Assembly: GCA_045106895.1 (NCBI GenBank)
Contig: JBGCFM010000235.1
Span: 1 to 12,569, forward strand
Direction of reading: 5' to 3'
Source: Polyangiales bacterium
Lineage (GTDB): Bacteria > Myxococcota_A > Polyangia > Polyangiales > Houyiibacteriaceae
Length of the DNA stretch: 12,569 nt
Position numbers and translations under genes: made by a program. Below are positions 9,011 to 12,569 of this stretch, piece by piece (positions within the stretch are counted from its first letter, which is position 1; each line of letters opens with the position of its first letter). The notes beneath the pieces are model-generated. The model was not told the origin of the DNA and searched no databases. It saw only the letters and a list, made by a program, of their open reading frames with translations.

Positions 9011-10200
9011 GTGATGCACCCCTCGCGACGACACATCGCGCCGCCCTCGGTGAGCGCGCTCTTTTTCCGAACCTGTCCGCGCGCGCCTACCTCAACCACG
9101 CAGCCATCTCCCCGCCCTCCACGGCGCTTCGAGAGCAGGCGTCGGCGTTCCTCGACGACTACGCCATGGGAGGCGTGCAGGGCTTCCTTCGCTGGTTGCC
9201 ACAGAAGGCGCGACTGAAAGAGAAGCTCGCCTCGCTCATCGGCGCGGACGCAAAGGACTTGGCCTTCGTCGCCAACACCACCGCCGGGGTGTCCAATATC
9301 GCGCTTACTTTTCCCTGGAAGCCGGGCGATACGATTTTCTATTACGAGGGGGACTTTCCCGCGAACGTGACGCCATGGCAGCAAGCGGCCCTCGCACACG
9401 GTGCTGAAACGCAGGCGCTCCCCATCGAGCCGTTTCATCGGAGCGCCGAAGAAGGCCTTTCGGCGCTCAAGACCGCGCTCGAGTCCGGCGCTCGTATGGT
9501 GGTGACGAGCTTTGTACGTTTTCAGAGCGGGCTTCGTATGCCCATCGAAGACATGGCGCATCTCTGCCACGAAGCCGGCGCCGAGCTCTTCGTCGATGCC
9601 ATCCAGGGCATCGGCGCCGTGCCATTCGATGTGGGCAGCGTCGACTACGTCGCGTGCGGCGCCCACAAGTGGCTGATGGGTCTCGAGGGCCTCGGCTTTC
9701 TCTATGTGGCTCCTGGGCGGGTGGCGGCGCTTACGGACCGGGTCGCCGGCTGGCTCAGTCATGAGGATGCGCTCTCGTTTCTTTTTGAAGGCGATGGGCA
9801 TCTACGGCACGACCGGCCGATTCGAAAAGAGGCGAACCGCTTCGAACTCGGCGCGGCGAACGGCATCGGGTGCGCGGCGCTGGAAGCCTCTGTGGACCTC
9901 ATCGCGCAGCTTGGGCCTTGCGCTATCTTTGAGCACGTTCAGGCGTACCACGACGCCCTTGAAGGGGCCCTGGTGGAGCTCGGGTTTGCCTCCGAGCGTC
10001 ACCGCTCCGCCGAACTTCGCAGCGCGTCTTTGTGCCTAAGGCCACCCGCGGGCTTTGAAGTGAGTGCGCTGAGCGCGGCCCTAGGAACGCGCGGCGTCGC
10101 CGTCACGACTCCCGATGGACGACTTCGCTTCGCGCCACACTGGCCGAACTCGCTGGACGAAGTTCCGTTTGTGTTGGAAGCGCTGGGCGCGGTCCTCTAG
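9007..10200 (+). CDS. Aminotransferase class V PLP-dependent enzyme (cysteine desulfurase/selenocysteine lyase-like fold)
   Basis: YLNHAAISP, ANTTAG, DFPAN, FVDAIQG, CGAHKWLMG (PLP Lys), RFELG, LRFAPH..N. ATGA overlap with the upstream gene. Confidence 0.85.
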   Translation: MSDAPLATTHRAALGERALFPNLSARAYLNHAAISPPSTALREQASAFLDDYAMGGVQGFLRWLPQKARLKEKLASLIGADAKDLAFVANTTAGVSNIALTFPWKPGDTIFYYEGDFPANVTPWQQAALAHGAETQALPIEPFHRSAEEGLSALKTALESGARMVVTSFVRFQSGLRMPIEDMAHLCHEAGAELFVDAIQGIGAVPFDVGSVDYVACGAHKWLMGLEGLGFLYVAPGRVAALTDRVAGWLSHEDALSFLFEGDGHLRHDRPIRKEANRFELGAANGIGCAALEASVDLIAQLGPCAIFEHVQAYHDALEGALVELGFASERHRSAELRSASLCLRPPAGFEVSALSAALGTRGVAVTTPDGRLRFAPHWPNSLDEVPFVLEALGAVL

Positions 10201-10215
10201 TTGAACGTTGGCTCC

Positions 10216-11058
10216 CTAGAGGCCGACGCGTTCAAGGATCGGCGTGAGCGTCTCGGTGTACTGGCCACCGACTTGCTCGACGGCGGTCTTCTCAAACTCC
10301 GCGGTTCGCTCCTTGAGAACAAGGTGGACGGATGCGCCGAGAACGGCAGGCATCGCAAGGTCGAGCTCGAAGATATCGCCGGCCACGAAGGTACGCTCCG
10401 GCGTCGCGCCGGTTTGTTTCCAGAGGCTTGTGAGCATGGTGAAGTAGTCGCCGCGGCGAAGAAGAATAGGCCGGCGAAGACCGTCGACCTCCATGGTCTT
10501 CGGCACGGCTTCGAACGCCGGGGATGAGACCTCCGGTTCGTTGACGATGTATTTTCGCGCATCGCCATGCACAGTGAGCTTCTCGCGCCCGGCGGGGGCC
10601 AGCGTGTTTAGCTTCTGCTGCACGTCGTGGGTGGCGGAGTTGGTGACAACGAACACGGGCGTGTCGCCGCGAAGCAAAGTCTCGACGACTGCCTTCGCCT
10701 CCGGCCGAAAGACCGTGTCCGCCTTCGGGTAGTTCTCGAAGTAGAGCCGCTGCAGGACCTCGGTCCGCTCGTCCATGTCTGGAAAGAGGCCTCGCCGCTC
10801 GAACACCATGTTCATGATGACGGTGGCGCGAAGGTAGGGGTCGGCGTTTCCTGGAGCGACGACATGGCCGCCGTAGCTCCAGCCGTAGTGGGCCGGGTCC
10901 TTGGCGATGGTCGCTTCGGCGTCAGCCCAGTCGTCCTTCACATCGCCGAACTGCTGTTCGACTTGTCCGCGATACGCGGCGAAGAATGGGTCAGCTTCTT
11001 TTTCGACGTCCGTGAAGGTTCCGTCGAAATCCAGGACAATTAGGTCGAAAGGCGACAT
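10216..11058 (-). CDS. HAD-superfamily hydrolase (phosphatase/nucleotidase-like)
   Basis: Motif I LIVLDFDGTFTD right after Met (start 11058 rather than 11178), motif II VVTNS, motif IV VAGDIFELD. Confidence 0.85.
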   Translation of the reverse strand: MSPFDLIVLDFDGTFTDVEKEADPFFAAYRGQVEQQFGDVKDDWADAEATIAKDPAHYGWSYGGHVVAPGNADPYLRATVIMNMVFERRGLFPDMDERTEVLQRLYFENYPKADTVFRPEAKAVVETLLRGDTPVFVVTNSATHDVQQKLNTLAPAGREKLTVHGDARKYIVNEPEVSSPAFEAVPKTMEVDGLRRPILLRRGDYFTMLTSLWKQTGATPERTFVAGDIFELDLAMPAVLGASVHLVLKERTAEFEKTAVEQVGGQYTETLTPILERVGL

Positions 11059-11116
11059 ACAGGCCGCGACCCATAACCCGAGAATGGCGTCCGCGCCACT
11101 TGGATCGACCTCGACT

Positions 11117-12169
11117 CTACGGACGAAGCCGCGCGGAGAGCCCCTCGACGAGGCGCTTGGGAAGGAGCGGACCACCATATATGTAGGAGGTGTAGAGCTG
11201 GAGAAGCGTTGCGCCGGCCTTTAGACGCTCAAAAGCGTCATTTGGTTCGCTGAGACCGCCGACGGAAACGATGACGACCTCGGGGGCAAGACCTCGGCGA
11301 AGCCGCCGCAAAACCTCCAGGCTTCTCTCCTTGAGAGGAGCTCCGCTGAGACCGCCGCCGCCGATTTCCTGCAGCCGGGCGTCACCGGTTCGCAGCCCCT
11401 CGCGACTGATCGTCGTGTTCGTCGCGATCACTCCGGCGAGTTTCAGGTGCGTGGCGAGTTGGCCAACGGCGTCCACGTCTTCGTCCGCGAGGTCCGGAGC
11501 GATCTTGACCAGCAGCGGCATGGAGCGCTCCGCGGCGTTGTCTGCGGCTTCGCGCACCGCCCAGAGAATAGGCTCCAGCTTCTCGACGGACTGCAGGTCT
11601 CGTAGGCCGGGCGTATTTGGGGACGACACGTTCACGACCATGTAGTCCGCGAAGGGAGCGAGGCGTGTTGCGCTGAGGGCGTAGTCGGCGGCTGCTTCCG
11701 CTTCGGGTGTGATCTTGCTCTTGCCGATGTTGATGCCGAGTACTCCGGGCCCGCGTCGCGGGCTTCGAGCGAGACGCGCGGCGGCGGCGGCGGATCCGCC
11801 GTGGTTGAAGCCGATGCGGTGGATGAGGGCGGCGTCCTCTTCAAGGCGAAACAAGCGAGGCTTTGGGTTTCCGGCCTGGGCGTGCGCGGTGAGCGTTCCG
11901 ACTTCGACGAACGCAAAGCCGGAGCTCAAGAGGGCCTCGTGACCGATGGCGTCTTTGTCGAAACCAGCTGCGAGTCCTAGAGGATGGGCGAATCGGTGGC
12001 CGAACGCTTCCACCTCAAGCTCCGGGGCTGCCTCCGGTGAGAGAGTGGCGCGTAAGAGCGAGAGTCCTCCGGGCACCTTCGCCGCGCGCCGGAGCGCGCC
12101 GAAGGCGAGGTGGTGGGCCTTTTCTGGAGGAAGCGCGTAGAGCGCAGGACGCAGTGTCCGGTAAAGCAC
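11117..12169 (-). CDS. pyrD: Quinone-dependent dihydroorotate dehydrogenase (class 2)
   Basis: LPPEKAHH, PLGLAAGFDK, GFAFVEVGTLT, QAGNPKPRLFRL, GINIGKSK, VVNVSSPNTPGLRDLQ, LLVKIAPDL, ATNTT, GGLSG, GATLLQLYT. The start is uncertain: GTG 12169, GTG 12178 or ATG 12193. Confidence 0.95.
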   Translation of the reverse strand: MLYRTLRPALYALPPEKAHHLAFGALRRAAKVPGGLSLLRATLSPEAAPELEVEAFGHRFAHPLGLAAGFDKDAIGHEALLSSGFAFVEVGTLTAHAQAGNPKPRLFRLEEDAALIHRIGFNHGGSAAAAARLARSPRRGPGVLGINIGKSKITPEAEAAADYALSATRLAPFADYMVVNVSSPNTPGLRDLQSVEKLEPILWAVREAADNAAERSMPLLVKIAPDLADEDVDAVGQLATHLKLAGVIATNTTISREGLRTGDARLQEIGGGGLSGAPLKERSLEVLRRLRRGLAPEVVIVSVGGLSEPNDAFERLKAGATLLQLYTSYIYGGPLLPKRLVEGLSARLRP

Positions 12170-12217
12170 GCGAGACACTAGCACCCCGAACATACCAACG
12201 CATCGCGTGACCCACGC

Positions 12218-12251
12218 AAAGGGGCCGACGCGAACGTCGACCTCTCTTTTT
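12218..12251. terminator. Hairpin, possible intrinsic (perhaps bidirectional) terminator or part of a pyrD leader
   Basis: Minus strand GGUCGACG-UUCG-CGUCGGCC (8 bp with one G-U) followed by CCUUUG. On the plus strand the hairpin is followed by TCTCTTTTT. Confidence 0.5.
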
Positions 12252-12268
12252 ATGTTCGGGCGCGCCGG

Positions 12269-12568
12269 CTATTCGATGACAGGAGGCTGGATGACGGGAG
12301 GCACCAAGAAGAAGACACGACGCACGTCCAGTGGCGAGCCATCGCCGAAGACGGTCAACTCCGCGCGGAACACCTGCGGAAGAGCTGTCGGCGGAACGCG
12401 CGTGTTGTCACGAACGACGACATCCCAGCAGCCCTCGGGGCCTGTGCGCGGGCTTGGGAACGCATCTGGGAACCCATCGGTGTTGAGGTCTGCGACGGTC
12501 GCGTCGGTGATGCAGCCATCCGTCATACGGTTGACCTCAAGACGGTTGATAAACTGGAGCGCGTCGCC
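12269..12568 (-). CDS. C-terminal fragment of a probable secreted/surface protein of myxobacterial type, 5'-truncated by the window edge
   Basis: Frame is open to the window edge (GDALQFINRLEVNRMTDGC...). Contains a DLNTDGFPD Ca-binding-like loop and a beta-rich end, CWDVVVRDN..VP....PQVFRAELTVFGDG..LD.RRVFFLVPP, which I recall from Polyangiales surface proteins. Confidence 0.6.
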   Translation of the reverse strand, partial: GDALQFINRLEVNRMTDGCITDATVADLNTDGFPDAFPSPRTGPEGCWDVVVRDNTRVPPTALPQVFRAELTVFGDGSPLDVRRVFFLVPPVIQPPVIE

Positions 12569-12569
12569 G

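Noticed and set aside
10194..10222. Inverted repeat CCTCTAG...CTAGAGG between convergent genes
   Set aside because: It arises because both genes end in CTC TAG. It has a long loop and no U tract, so it is not a convincing terminator.
11059..11178. N-terminal extension of the HAD ORF
   Set aside because: It overlaps the pyrD 3' end, and HAD motif I normally sits right after the start.

Overview
GC-rich bacterial DNA, probably Myxococcota/Polyangiales-like (inferred from the protein styles). From left to right: (1) the 3' part of a translationally coupled biotin-dependent acyl-CoA carboxylase/decarboxylase cluster (stand-alone biotin carboxylase, fused-type carboxyltransferase, carrier protein with two biotinyl-like domains); (2) a convergent small secreted DUF2914-like protein; (3) a divergently transcribed, tightly packed run of six genes: two hypothetical proteins that both look like highly divergent Ku-core (DNA end-binding) proteins, an atypical ATP-dependent ligase with a C-terminal WGR-like domain, a BASS-family symporter, a kynureninase-like enzyme and a second class-V PLP enzyme; (4) on the minus strand, a HAD hydrolase, class 2 pyrD preceded by a structured intergenic region, and the C-terminus of a probable surface protein. 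The main candidate for a novel system is the three-gene module at 4200-7005, which may be a non-canonical, possibly heterodimeric-Ku end-joining or nucleic-acid repair system without the LigD polymerase and phosphoesterase domains. The Ku assignment comes from by-eye motif similarity and needs profile or structure confirmation.
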